The notes under the pieces were generated by a model. That model worked only from the letters and a program-made list of their open reading frames with translations. It was not told the origin of the DNA and did not search any database. From assembly GCA_965202985.1 (NCBI GenBank), contig CBDBCF010000001.1, forward strand, positions 800,001-864,000: 64,000 nt of DNA, read 5' to 3'. A program made the translations under genes and the position numbers. Numbering within the stretch: the stretch's first letter is position 1; every line of letters begins with the position of its first letter. Below, piece after piece: positions 10,288-20,060 of this stretch. The DNA comes from Longimicrobiales bacterium (GTDB lineage: Bacteria > Gemmatimonadota > Gemmatimonadetes > Longimicrobiales > Gaopeijiaceae).

Positions 10288-12161
10288 TGCCGCGGGGCCT
10301 CCCCTCGGTTCGGGGAAGCGGCCGCGACTCGTGCGGCCTGCGCGGCGCGCCCCCAATCGCGGCCGCGGCTCAAGTCTTTCTTCTCCTCGATCAACCCGCG
10401 CTTGTCCTCCATGAGCGACCGCTGCCGCGTCTCGTCCCGGACGCGCCGCAGCTCCTGGTCCACGGCCTCCAGCCGCCGGTCGATCCCGGACACCAGGATT
10501 CGCGACGCGGCGTCCTCGAAGACTTGGCTTGCATGCTCCGTGTCCTCCTTGTCCTCCATGAGCTTCTCGAAGCGCTGCGCCACGGCGGGGTCGGTTCCGT
10601 CCGGCAGCGACTCCAACTCCGGATCGTCCAGCAACATCTCGAAGATGGCACGGTAGCACCGATCCTCCAAGTCCCCCGGGCCAATCCGCTCGGCGGCGCG
10701 CTCCACCCAGCTTCGATCCTTCGCCAGCACGAGCATGAGCGCCCGCTCCGCCCCCAGTCCGTGGACGCGCGGCGCGGGACGAGGGCGATGAGCGGACCGG
10801 CTTGCCGAGCCCGGACCGCGGCTTCCCGCGACGCCGGGCGCGCGACTCGGCGCTTGGCCCGGCGGCCCGTGGCGGGGACGCTGGCGCAGCTCGGCCTCCA
10901 AGGTCTCGGGCCGGACGTCGGTGCGCTCGGCGACGCGAGACACGTAGAGGTCGCGCAGCTGAGGGTCCGCCGTGGCGCGCAGGGTCGGGAGCAGCCGATC
11001 CAGGGCGCTCCGCGTCTTCTCGATCGACGAGAAGTACTCCCGCTCCTCCAAGATGGCCAGCTTGCGCTCCAGCACGTCCACGGCTTGGCCCACGTACTTG
11101 CGGACGGCCTCGGCGCCCCCGGACCTAGCCACCGAGTCCGGGTCCTCTCCGGCCGGCAGCGTGACCACCGACGGGTGCAGCCCCTGCGCCAGAAGGACGT
11201 CCGCCGCGCGGAAGGTGGCGCGCAGTCCGGCCGGATCGCTGTCGAAGAGGATGCGCACATAGCCGGCGTACCGCTTCAGCAGCTCCGCCTGCGCTTCCGT
11301 GAGCGCCGTGCCCAGCGGCGCGACGGCGTTCTCGATCCCGGCGGCCGCCAGCGACACCACGTCCATGAAGCCTTCCACCAGCAGCGCTTCGCCCTCTCGG
11401 CGGGCGGCGTTCCTGGCCCATCCCAGGCCGTACAGCACTTCTCCCTTGCGAAAGATCGGGTTCTCCGGCGAGTTGAGGTACTTGGGAAGGCCCTTGCCGG
11501 GCGTGCCCAGCAGCCGACCGCCGAACCCCAGGACTCTGCCCGACACGGACTCGATGGGGAAGACGATGCGGTCGCGGAGCGCGTCGTACGGTTCGTCGTT
11601 CTTGTCGCTGGTCTTGATCAGCCCCACCTCGGCCAGGACGCCCTCGTCCATGTCGTGGACCGCCGCCGCGTCGCGGAACGCCGTCCACTCGCCGGGGGCG
11701 TAGCCCAGGCCGAAGCGCTCCGCCTCTTCGCGCTCGATGCCGCGCCTCTGCAGGTACTCTCGGGCCGGCGCGCCCCCCTCCCGCTCCCAGAGGCGTTCTT
11801 GGAAGAAGGCGGCGGCGTAGGCGACGGCTTGGTAGTACGGGCGCCAGGGATCGTCTCCCTCTCGGCTTCGCGTCTCGCGCACATCCATGCCGCAGCGGCC
11901 GCCGACGAACTTCACGGCGTCGGTGAAGCTCATGCCCTGCTGCTTCATGAGGAACGAGAACACGTCTCCCGATTCGCCCGACGAGAAATCGTGGAAGAAG
12001 CCCTTGGCCGGGACCACGAAGAACGACGGGGTCTTTTCGGTCTTGAAGGGGCTGAGGCCCTTGTAGTCCTTGCCGGATCGCTTGAGCGACACGAACTCGC
12101 CGATAATGCTCACGATGTCGGCGCGCTCGCGGACCTCCTCCACCACGCTGTCCGGGATCAT
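10284..12161 (-). CDS. dnaG: DNA primase
   Basis: 'MIPDSVVEEV', 'PF..EKTPSF', 'KYLNSPE', 'VEGFMDV', TOPRIM 'FDSDPAG'. Confidence 0.95.
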   Translation of the reverse strand: MIPDSVVEEVRERADIVSIIGEFVSLKRSGKDYKGLSPFKTEKTPSFFVVPAKGFFHDFSSGESGDVFSFLMKQQGMSFTDAVKFVGGRCGMDVRETRSREGDDPWRPYYQAVAYAAAFFQERLWEREGGAPAREYLQRRGIEREEAERFGLGYAPGEWTAFRDAAAVHDMDEGVLAEVGLIKTSDKNDEPYDALRDRIVFPIESVSGRVLGFGGRLLGTPGKGLPKYLNSPENPIFRKGEVLYGLGWARNAARREGEALLVEGFMDVVSLAAAGIENAVAPLGTALTEAQAELLKRYAGYVRILFDSDPAGLRATFRAADVLLAQGLHPSVVTLPAGEDPDSVARSGGAEAVRKYVGQAVDVLERKLAILEEREYFSSIEKTRSALDRLLPTLRATADPQLRDLYVSRVAERTDVRPETLEAELRQRPRHGPPGQAPSRAPGVAGSRGPGSASRSAHRPRPAPRVHGLGAERALMLVLAKDRSWVERAAERIGPGDLEDRCYRAIFEMLLDDPELESLPDGTDPAVAQRFEKLMEDKEDTEHASQVFEDAASRILVSGIDRRLEAVDQELRRVRDETRQRSLMEDKRGLIEEKKDLSRGRDWGRAAQAARVAAASPNRGEAPRQ

Positions 12162-14599
12162 CGCACCGTGGCCACCGTGACGCCGTGGCCTCCTTCGCCC
12201 GGCGCGCCGGGTCGGAACTCCTCGACGCGCGGGTCCCGCCCGAAGACCTGGGCGACCCGCTCTCGGAGAGCGCCCGTGCCCTTGCCGTGGACCACCCGCA
12301 GCACGTGGAGCCCCCCGGCGGAGGCGTCGTCCACCGCCCGCACCAGGGCGGCCTCGGCTTCGTCGGGCCGGCGGCCGCGCAGGTCGATCTCGGGAGAGGG
12401 GTCGGGTTCGGGGCCGGTCCAGCCGGATGCCGGCGGCGTCGCGGCACCGCCGTTGGAGCGCGCCGCGTTCAGTCGGTCCAGGGGGACTCGGATGCGAACG
12501 CCGCGCACATCCACCACTGCCCGGACGCCTTCCATGGCAACCAGGACGCCGGGCTGCGCCGACCCGGCCACGGCGACCCTCGCCCCCGGTTCCAGCCGGG
12601 CGGCATCCAACGCCGCGAGCTCCGGCCCGGCCCGCCGCGCTGCCGGCGTCTCGGCTCCCGCGTAGGCGTCGCTCCCGGCCCCGTCGGCATCGGCCCCCGC
12701 GCCCTGCAGCCGGGCAGCGGCGTCTTCGACCGACTTCCGCGCCGCGCGGGCCGCCCTTTCCAGGCTTTCTTCCGTCCCCGCGCGGGCCGCGAGCCGTTCG
12801 ATCACCGCCTCCACCTCCTTGCGCGCCTCCAGCAGCAGGCGGCGCGCCTCCGCCCGGGCCTGGGCCGTCGCCCGCCGCTCCGAGCGCCGCAACGCCTGGG
12901 CCCGCGCCCCCAGCGCCGCCTCCCGTTCGGCCAGCTCGGCGCCCAGCGCCTGGGCCCGCGCCCGATCCCGCTCCGCCTCCGCAACCGCCTCCGATGCGCG
13001 CCGCTCCTTCTCCTCCAAGCTTGCCAGCAGGCCGTCCAGGCGCGCCTCGGCCTGCTCTCGGTACGCTTCCGCCCGGTCCAGCACGCGCGACGGGAAGCCC
13101 AGCCCCCGCGCAATCGAGAGGCCGTAGCTGCGGCCCGGCCGCCCCTTGGCGAAGCGGTACGTGGGCGCCATGCGCTCGCCGTCGAACTCCAGCGAGGCGT
13201 TCGCGATGCCGGCGCCCGGCGACGCGAGCCGTTTCAGTTCGCCCATGTGCGAGGTGACGACTGCCGTGCAGCCCCGCTCGGCGAGCGTCTCGACCAGCGC
13301 GCGGGCCAGGGCGGCGCCCTCCTTGGGATCGGTCCCCGTGCCGGGCTCGTCCACCAGGACCAGCGAACGCGGTCCCGCGTGTTCCAGGGTCTCCTTGAGG
13401 TTGCGCAGATGGGCCGAGAAGGTGGACAGGCTGTCCGCGATCGACTGCTGGTCGCCCACATCGGCGAACACGGCGTCGAACACGGGAAGCCGCGTCCCGG
13501 CGTCCACCGGCGGGATCACGCCGGCTTGAGCCAGGGCGGACACGAGCCCGACGGACTTGAGGAAGACGGTCTTGCCGCCCGCGTTGGGACCCGTGACCAC
13601 GACCACGCGCTCGCCCGGCGCCAGGGCAACGTCGAACGGAACCGGGTCCGCGCCCGCCGCCGCCAAGAGCGGATGGCGTCCGCCCCGGATCTGCAGGGTT
13701 TGGCCCGGCGCCACCTCGGGCACGCTTCCTTCCCAGCGGCGGGCGGCCCGCGCCAGCGCGCAGCGCCGGTCCGCCTCCACGAGCGCCTCGCGGGACGAGG
13801 CCAGGGCGCCGGCCAGCGGACGGCACCGCTCGGTGAGTTCGCGGAGGAGGCGCTGGACCTCCCGGGCTTCGGCTCGTTCCAGCTCGCGGATGCGGTTCAT
13901 CATGGCGATCGCCGACGGGGGTTCGGCGTAGACGGTGGCCCCGGTGGCCGACTCGTCGTGCACGTACCCGCCCACGGTCCGCTTCCCCTCGCGCCGGACG
14001 GGGATCACGTAGCGCCCTTCCCGTATGGTGACCGACGCGCCCGACACGCGGTGCGCCTCGCTCAACCCCTCCAGTAACGACTCCAGGTGGGCCACGACGC
14101 GCGAGTGCGCACCGGCCAGCCGCGCGCGGAGGCGCTCCAGCTCCCGGCTGGCGGTGTCCAGAACGCGGCCTTCCCCGTCCACGGTTCGGGCCACGGTCTT
14201 CTCCAACGCCGGATCGACCAGCAGGCGAGCGCACAGGGCGCCCAGCGCGGGGAACTCCTCCGGCGCTTCGGCGGCGAGCGAGCCCGCCAACCGACGAGCC
14301 GCCTCCAACAGGGCGCCCACCTTCGCGAGTTCGTCCGGGGCCAGCACCGCGCCTTCCACGGCAAGTCGCTCCAAGGCGCCGGTCGGGTCCGGGAAGCGCG
14401 GAAACGCCCAGTCCGTCCGTGCCTGCAGGAAGCGCCCCGCCTCCGCCACCTCTTCGAGCCGGGCGCGAACAGACGTCGCGTCGCCGGACGGCCGCAGCGC
14501 CAGAACGGCGTCTCGGCCCGCGCCCGTGGACGCAAAGCCGGCGGCGTGCTCCAGGACCCTGTCGAACTCCAGGACCCGGAGGGCGCGCCGCGAGAACAC
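12158..14599 (-). CDS. mutS2: MutS2 (endonuclease / ribosome rescue factor) with Smr domain
   Basis: 'TGPNAGGKT', 'SLSTFSAH', 'DEPGTGTDP', C-terminal 'HGKGTGAL'. Confidence 0.95.
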   Translation of the reverse strand: MFSRRALRVLEFDRVLEHAAGFASTGAGRDAVLALRPSGDATSVRARLEEVAEAGRFLQARTDWAFPRFPDPTGALERLAVEGAVLAPDELAKVGALLEAARRLAGSLAAEAPEEFPALGALCARLLVDPALEKTVARTVDGEGRVLDTASRELERLRARLAGAHSRVVAHLESLLEGLSEAHRVSGASVTIREGRYVIPVRREGKRTVGGYVHDESATGATVYAEPPSAIAMMNRIRELERAEAREVQRLLRELTERCRPLAGALASSREALVEADRRCALARAARRWEGSVPEVAPGQTLQIRGGRHPLLAAAGADPVPFDVALAPGERVVVVTGPNAGGKTVFLKSVGLVSALAQAGVIPPVDAGTRLPVFDAVFADVGDQQSIADSLSTFSAHLRNLKETLEHAGPRSLVLVDEPGTGTDPKEGAALARALVETLAERGCTAVVTSHMGELKRLASPGAGIANASLEFDGERMAPTYRFAKGRPGRSYGLSIARGLGFPSRVLDRAEAYREQAEARLDGLLASLEEKERRASEAVAEAERDRARAQALGAELAEREAALGARAQALRRSERRATAQARAEARRLLLEARKEVEAVIERLAARAGTEESLERAARAARKSVEDAAARLQGAGADADGAGSDAYAGAETPAARRAGPELAALDAARLEPGARVAVAGSAQPGVLVAMEGVRAVVDVRGVRIRVPLDRLNAARSNGGAATPPASGWTGPEPDPSPEIDLRGRRPDEAEAALVRAVDDASAGGLHVLRVVHGKGTGALRERVAQVFGRDPRVEEFRPGAPGEGGHGVTVATVR

Positions 14600-15040
14600 C
14601 TACCCCAGCTCCTCCCGGACGATCGCCGACGCCGCCTTGCCGTCGAATCGACCTCGGATCCGGGGCATCAACCCGGACATGACCGCGCCCACGCCGGACG
14701 CGCCGCCGGCCACGAGCTCCCGCACGATCTCGCGAACGTCCTCGGCAGAGAGTTCGGGCGGCAGGTAGCCCTGGAGGAGCTTCGCCTGCGAATCCTCGGC
14801 CGCCGCCAAGTCCTCCCTTCCGCCCCTTCGCATCTGCGCGGCGGCGTCGCGACGCTGCTTGACCGCCTTGGCCACGACCGCGCAAACGCCCTCGTCGTCC
14901 AGCGGCGCACCCGACTCGATCTCCCGGTTGCGCACTTCGGACAGGGCGGTGGACAGCACCAGCGTCCGCGCCTTGTCCCGAGCCCGACGCGCCTGGTTCA
15001 GATCGGACCGCAGCCGGTCCTTCAAGGGCTTGTTCGTCAC
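14600..15040 (-). CDS. GatB/YqeY domain protein
   Basis: 'KQRRDAAAQM..GGREDLA', 'YLPPELS', 'GRFDGK'. Confidence 0.9.
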   Translation of the reverse strand: MTNKPLKDRLRSDLNQARRARDKARTLVLSTALSEVRNREIESGAPLDDEGVCAVVAKAVKQRRDAAAQMRRGGREDLAAAEDSQAKLLQGYLPPELSAEDVREIVRELVAGGASGVGAVMSGLMPRIRGRFDGKAASAIVREELG

Positions 15041-15245
15041 GTGGCCTCCTGGTTCGGGCGGCGGGGCCGGAGGCGCCCGCGTTGGAAGATACCGCAATCG
15101 GGATTTCGTTCTCCGAAGCCGTTCCGGCAGCGCTCCGAAGGCTGCGTCCCATCCAGCTATATGAGACTGCCGCCGAAGTGGATACCCTTCGTCCCCCCGA
15201 AGACGCGGGTCCCCTGGGCAACCTCACAAAGAGAAGGAGAACGCC

Positions 15246-15698
15246 ATGGTTCGAACGACCGAGAACATCGTGGACATCGTTCGCAGCAGCGGCCCCGGTG
15301 CGCTTCCGTTGACCGGCCTCACGGAGGAGCTCCGGCGTCGCCGCCCGGCGATGAAGCTGGACGAGATCAAGATGCGTAGGCTGGTGGAGCGCGCCGGCGA
15401 CCGCCTGCTCCTGCTGGAGGTCGCGCCCGACGCCCCCGCCGGAGTGCAAGCGATGGAGCCGCTGGACAGCTGGGTAGTGCTGACTTCTGCCGCCGATGCC
15501 CCCAGCCGGTGCCGGTTGACGCACCTGCTGTGGTGCAGCCTCGCGGCGTTGGCCGAGGAGGTGGACCCCGACTCGCGGGTCAGCGTGAGCCGCTGGGTGC
15601 TCCTGGCCGGCCGTGCCCGGCGGATATGCGAACGACTGGCCGGCAGGGAGGAGTTCCCCGAGCCGGGCCTCCGCTTGACGGGCGAAGCCCGCTGGTGA
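15246..15698 (+). CDS. Hypothetical protein
   Basis: 150-aa ORF with AAGGAG RBS and coding-like codon usage. Confidence 0.65.
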   Translation: MVRTTENIVDIVRSSGPGALPLTGLTEELRRRRPAMKLDEIKMRRLVERAGDRLLLLEVAPDAPAGVQAMEPLDSWVVLTSAADAPSRCRLTHLLWCSLAALAEEVDPDSRVSVSRWVLLAGRARRICERLAGREEFPEPGLRLTGEARW

Positions 15699-15812
15699 GC
15701 GCGCGCGGCTGGTTGCGGGCGGGGGCGCAGCCGACGGCAGGCCGGGGCGCGGCTCGGCCCGAGGTGTATCTTTGACGCGAAGGGAATCACGCCAAGACGA
15801 GGAGAATGCGCG

Positions 15813-16199
15813 ATGGGGTTCAAGGAAGAGTTCCACAAGTACATGCCCGAGCAGGACAAGCGGTGCGCCGCCATCATCCACGCCTCGTCGGCCGCGGCGG
15901 GCGCTGCCGCGGCGGCTTCGGTGGTGCCGGGCTCCGACTTCGTCGCCATCGCCCCGATCCAGGTGGGCATGATCGTGGCGCTGGCGGACGAGTTCGGAAT
16001 CCCCTTCACGGAGTCGGCCGTTCGGTCCACCTTGTACGCCACGCTGGGCAAGATCGTGGGCCGGAGCGGCGCAACGCTGCTCCTCCGCTGGATCCCGGTC
16101 TACGGCAACGTGGTGCGGGCCGGGGTGGCGGCGAGCGTCACCCAGGCGCTCGGCTGGACGGTAGTGAAGAAGCTGAAGGCTGGCGGCCGCGTGATCTGA
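15813..16199 (+). CDS. DUF697-like small membrane protein
   Basis: '[34 protein letters not shown]'; GAGGAG RBS upstream. Confidence 0.7.
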   Translation: MGFKEEFHKYMPEQDKRCAAIIHASSAAAGAAAAASVVPGSDFVAIAPIQVGMIVALADEFGIPFTESAVRSTLYATLGKIVGRSGATLLLRWIPVYGNVVRAGVAASVTQALGWTVVKKLKAGGRVI

Positions 16200-16238
16200 C
16201 CGATCGTCGGCGCGAGCTGCCCGTGGGGGGCCTCGGCG

Positions 16239-16703
16239 CTACTCGTCCGCGCTCGCCGTCGTCCGACCTTTCGCAGCTTTGCCGGCGCCGTACAGGGCGC
16301 CCACCACCCCAAGGACGGGGTTCAGCCAGCGAAGCCACGTCGGTTGCTGGGCGGAGTTCATGGCGTCGAACATGGACACGTCGTCGGGCCGGGCGCCGAT
16401 CGGCGGTGCGTCGGCACCGAGGAGCGCACCGGCGACCCCCAGGACGACCACGATGCCTAGCAGGACCCACAGCCCGCGCATGTCCGCTTGGACCTTGCCG
16501 CAGAGCCATCCGCCGGCGACGCCCGCCAGCAAGCCCAGCACGACGGAGGCCGCGAGCCAGATGCCGGACACGTCCCAGCTGGCCGGCTGGAACGACCGAT
16601 CCGGACCCAGCACCAGCCAGACCAGAGAAAAGGAAGCCATGACGACGACGACCATGGCGACGTAGCCCAGTACGGCGGCGCCGAGGTTCTTGAGGAAGGT
16701 CAT
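16239..16703 (-). CDS. Hypothetical integral membrane protein
   Basis: About four hydrophobic segments; ATG 16703. Confidence 0.75.
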   Translation of the reverse strand: MTFLKNLGAAVLGYVAMVVVVMASFSLVWLVLGPDRSFQPASWDVSGIWLAASVVLGLLAGVAGGWLCGKVQADMRGLWVLLGIVVVLGVAGALLGADAPPIGARPDDVSMFDAMNSAQQPTWLRWLNPVLGVVGALYGAGKAAKGRTTASADE

Positions 16704-16816
16704 TTGGAAGCTCCGTAGCGGGGATGCGCCCAAGGTGCGGACGGACATCGAACTCGGTAGGATTCTAGGACAAGGAACGGGCGCCTGCCCACGAGACGTG
16801 CCGAAGGAGGAGGAGT

Positions 16817-17617
16817 ATGGAGGCAAGGGGCGATCACGGACAGGGCGCGACGGAGGTCGTGCTGTCGGTCCGGGTGGAGGCCAGCGCGGACACGGCCTGG
16901 GACATCCTGGCGTCGCCCGAGCGGTTCTCAGCCTGGATGGGCGGGCAGGCTTCGTTCGAGCGCGAGCCTGGAAGCGCGTTTCGCGTGGACTTTCCCCAGC
17001 ACGGCTTCGTCGTCGCCGGCAAGGTGACCGCCTTCGACGCCGAAGCGCGGTGCTTGGTGCTCACGTGGGGGTTCGAGTCGGGGCCTCACGCCGAGACCGT
17101 CTCCGCCGGGTCCACCCAGGTGGAGTTCCGGGTTCGTCCCGAGAACGACGGCTGCCGCGTGGACCTGCGCCACGACGGCTTCGCCTCCGCCCAGGTCGCG
17201 GCCGAGTACGACGGCGGCTGGCGCTACCACCTGGGGCGCCTGGACCTGGTCGCCAACCAAGCCGACCTGGCCGCCGGACTGAAGCGGACGCTGGCCGACT
17301 GGTTCGCCGCATGGAACGAGTCCGACGACGAAGCCCGCTTGGCCGCGCTGCGTCGCTGCTGCGCCGAAGACGTGGAGTTCCGCGACGAGTGGGCCGTGGC
17401 TCGAGGCGTGGAGCGGCTGTCCCTTCACATCGCCAACTGCCACCGCTTCATGCCCGGCTGGAAGATCGAAGCCGACGACGACGTGCGCATCTGCCGGGGC
17501 GAGGCGCTGGTGGGCTGGCGCTCCAAGGGTCTCGCGGGCGAAGTGAAGGGCTTCAACCACGTGCGCGCCGCCCCCGACGGAACCCTGCGACGGATCGCCG
17601 GGTTCGCGAAGAGCTAG
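16817..17617 (+). CDS. SRPBCC/AHSA1 domain fused to SnoaL-like domain
   Basis: 'WDIL..PE...WM', 'LTWG', 'GWRYHL' then 'WFAAWNESD...DVEFRD'; strong GGAGG RBS. Confidence 0.8.
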   Translation: MEARGDHGQGATEVVLSVRVEASADTAWDILASPERFSAWMGGQASFEREPGSAFRVDFPQHGFVVAGKVTAFDAEARCLVLTWGFESGPHAETVSAGSTQVEFRVRPENDGCRVDLRHDGFASAQVAAEYDGGWRYHLGRLDLVANQADLAAGLKRTLADWFAAWNESDDEARLAALRRCCAEDVEFRDEWAVARGVERLSLHIANCHRFMPGWKIEADDDVRICRGEALVGWRSKGLAGEVKGFNHVRAAPDGTLRRIAGFAKS

Positions 17618-17787
17618 GAACGTGTAGTCCATAGCCGATCGGTGGGGGACGCCGAGATGAACACCGGGCGATTTTGGGTGTCGGAGGGCGTACAGCGGCA
17701 GTGAGAGGCCGGATCCGAGCGAAAATAGGGCGCGTAGGCCGTGCGAATCGCCCGCTTCTCCCCAATTTGCCCACCACTACACCTTCC
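17617..17787. mobile_element. Possible MITE: 171 bp with terminal inverted repeats
   Basis: GGAACGTGTAGT at 17617-17628 versus ACTACACCTTCC at 17776-17787 (11/12 inverted match); non-coding interior. Confidence 0.45.
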
Positions 17788-17821
17788 AGACAAAGGGCGC
17801 GGGCTTATGCCCTACGGGCTC

Positions 17822-18343
17822 CTAGCCCGAAGTTCCGGGGTCGTGCTCGCGCGACTCCTCGCCCTCGCCGGAACGCTCGGAGCGGCCCTCCTTCTCGGAC
17901 TCTCGTCCGTCGTGCTCGTCGTCCCCGTGTTCGTCTTCCGCGCCGCCCACTTCGGCGTGGGCACTCCACGTCTCGAACGTCTCTCCCGAGGCATCCAACG
18001 ACACCAGCATCGTCTCGCCGGGCACCAAGTCGCCCGGGCTCGAAGGGCCGAGTTCGACGCCGTTGGACAGGTGAACTTCCACCCGCACCCGGCTCAGCGG
18101 CTCGTCACCGACGTTCTCCACCGTGCCCGCGAAGGCGCCGGCTTGCTCGTCGTACGCCAGCACCAAGCGCGTGCCGGCCCGTTCGCGGTCGTAGGTCTGG
18201 TCCTTGGCCAGCTGCTCGCCCGACTCCTCTTCCGGGGCGGATTCGTAGCCGGCAGCGTCTTCTTCCCCGCCGTCGGAAGGACCGCACGCAACCATAACGG
18301 CTGCCGCCGCGGCGAGCAGGAGCCTTGCATCGGTCTTGGTCAT
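17822..18343 (-). CDS. Lipoprotein with FxLYD-like beta-sandwich and acidic tail
   Basis: Lipobox 'MVAC'; 'FAGTVEN...RVRVEVHL...LGP'; ATG 18343. Confidence 0.7.
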   Translation of the reverse strand: MTKTDARLLLAAAAAVMVACGPSDGGEEDAAGYESAPEEESGEQLAKDQTYDRERAGTRLVLAYDEQAGAFAGTVENVGDEPLSRVRVEVHLSNGVELGPSSPGDLVPGETMLVSLDASGETFETWSAHAEVGGAEDEHGDDEHDGRESEKEGRSERSGEGEESREHDPGTSG

Positions 18344-18366
18344 TCCCTTCCCTCCTAGTCTCGGAG

Positions 18367-20016
18367 CTAGCCCAGCGTCGGGGCGAAGGTGGGCGGCGTC
18401 CGATGGCGCGTCGCCTGCTCGTAGCCGTAGGCGATCCGCAACAGCGTGGGCTCGCTCCACGCGCGGCCGAAGAACGAGACGCCAACGGGCAGCCCCGACA
18501 CGAACCCCATGGGAACGGTGACGTCGGGGTATCCGGCGATCGCCGCCGGTCCGGCGCTGGAGCCGCCCTCCAGCCGGTCGCCCAAGATGTGGTCGGTCAG
18601 CCACGCCTCGCCTCGGGTCGGGGCCACAAGGGCGTCCAGGCCGTGCCGGTCCATCACGGCGTCGATCCCGTCTTCGCGCGTCCGCTGCTGGACGGTGCGA
18701 ACCGCGTTCTGGTACTCGGGGTCGGTCAGCGGTCCCCGAGCCTGGGACGCCACCAGCCGCTCCTGGCCGAAGAACGGCATCTCGCGCTCCGCGTTGGCCT
18801 CGTTGAACGCGATGACCTCGGCCAAGCTCTTCACGGGCGCGTCCGGTCCCAGGGCGGTCAAGTACGCGTTCAAGTTCGCCTTGAACTCGTACTCCAGGAG
18901 CGTCAAGGGCAGCGCGTCGCTCCACGCGGCCGTCGGCAGGTCCGCCGGGTCCACCAGTATCGCGCCGCCGGCCCGCATGGCATCCAGCGCGTCTTCGAAC
19001 AGGGCCAGCACGTCCGGCGAGAAGCCGCCGAAGCTGCGCACCACCCCGATGCGCGCCCCTCGCAACCCTTCCGGGTCCAGGAACGCCGCGTAGTCGACGT
19101 GCGCGCGCCCCTGGCTGGCGGCGGTGGCCGGGTCGCGCGGGTCTTCGCCGGCCAGGGCTCCCAACAGCAGGGCGGCGTCTCGCAGGGTGCGGCACATGGG
19201 TCCCGCCGTGTCCTGGGAGTGGGAGATCGGGATGATCCCCGACCGGCTCCACAGGCCCACGGTGGGCTTGATTCCCACAATCCCGTTCGTCGACGACGGG
19301 CACATGATCGACCCGCCCGTCTCGGTCCCGATCGTCAGAGCCGCCAGGTTGGCGGACGCGGCGGCGGCCGATCCCGAGCTGGAGCCGCAAGGGTTCCGGT
19401 CCAGGGCGTAGGGGTTCTTGCACTGGCCGCCCCGAGCGCTCCATCCGCTGGTGGCCCTCTCGCCCCGGAAGTAGGCCCACTCGCTCATGTTCGCCTTGGC
19501 CAGGATCACGGCGCCGGCCTCCCGCAGCTGCTGGGCCACGAACGAATCTCGAGGCGGCACCGACCCCTCCAGCGCCAGCGAGCCCGCAGTGGTAGTCGTG
19601 CGGTCGCGCGTGTCGATGTTGTCCTTGAGCGCTACCGGGATGCCGTGAAGGGGACCCCTCGGCCCCCGGGTGCGGCGCTCCTCGTCCAGCTGCGCGGCGA
19701 TCTCCAAGGCGTCGGGGTTGGTCTCGATCACCGAGCGCAGTTCGGGGCCTTGGCCATCCAGGGCCTCGATGCGCTCCAAGTAGAGCTGGACGATGGAGCG
19801 CGCCGTGCGCTCGCCGGACCCCATGGCGGCCTGCAGGTCGGCCACGGTGACCTCGTCCAGCTCGAACGGCGGCGGCGGATCGTCGGCGGCCAAGCCGGGA
19901 GCGGCCCCGGCGGTCGAACTGCCCGGCTGGTCGTCGGGAACGCACCCGGGCGCGCCCATAACGACGGCCCCGGCGCCCCCTGCGACGGCCGCGCCCACGA
20001 ACCCGCGTCGGTCCAT
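18367..20016 (-). CDS. Amidase-signature family enzyme with Tat signal
   Basis: 'MDRRGF' twin-Arg; 'GPLHGIPVALKDN', 'GSSSGS', 'GTETGGSI'. Confidence 0.92.
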   Translation of the reverse strand: MDRRGFVGAAVAGGAGAVVMGAPGCVPDDQPGSSTAGAAPGLAADDPPPPFELDEVTVADLQAAMGSGERTARSIVQLYLERIEALDGQGPELRSVIETNPDALEIAAQLDEERRTRGPRGPLHGIPVALKDNIDTRDRTTTTAGSLALEGSVPPRDSFVAQQLREAGAVILAKANMSEWAYFRGERATSGWSARGGQCKNPYALDRNPCGSSSGSAAAASANLAALTIGTETGGSIMCPSSTNGIVGIKPTVGLWSRSGIIPISHSQDTAGPMCRTLRDAALLLGALAGEDPRDPATAASQGRAHVDYAAFLDPEGLRGARIGVVRSFGGFSPDVLALFEDALDAMRAGGAILVDPADLPTAAWSDALPLTLLEYEFKANLNAYLTALGPDAPVKSLAEVIAFNEANAEREMPFFGQERLVASQARGPLTDPEYQNAVRTVQQRTREDGIDAVMDRHGLDALVAPTRGEAWLTDHILGDRLEGGSSAGPAAIAGYPDVTVPMGFVSGLPVGVSFFGRAWSEPTLLRIAYGYEQATRHRTPPTFAPTLG

Positions 20017-20060
20017 GGTCCGCTTCCGCTCTCCCACCGGGGCCCTCTTTCCCATCGGGC

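Noticed and set aside
15041..15245. Possible ncRNA or riboswitch in the intergenic region upstream of yqeY
   Set aside because: No family consensus recognised by eye; would need an Infernal/Rfam search
10284..15881. 1865-aa ORF
   Set aside because: Only the last ~625 aa are DnaG; the rest is an Arg/Gly/Pro-rich off-frame shadow of mutS2 and yqeY caused by stop-codon scarcity at high GC
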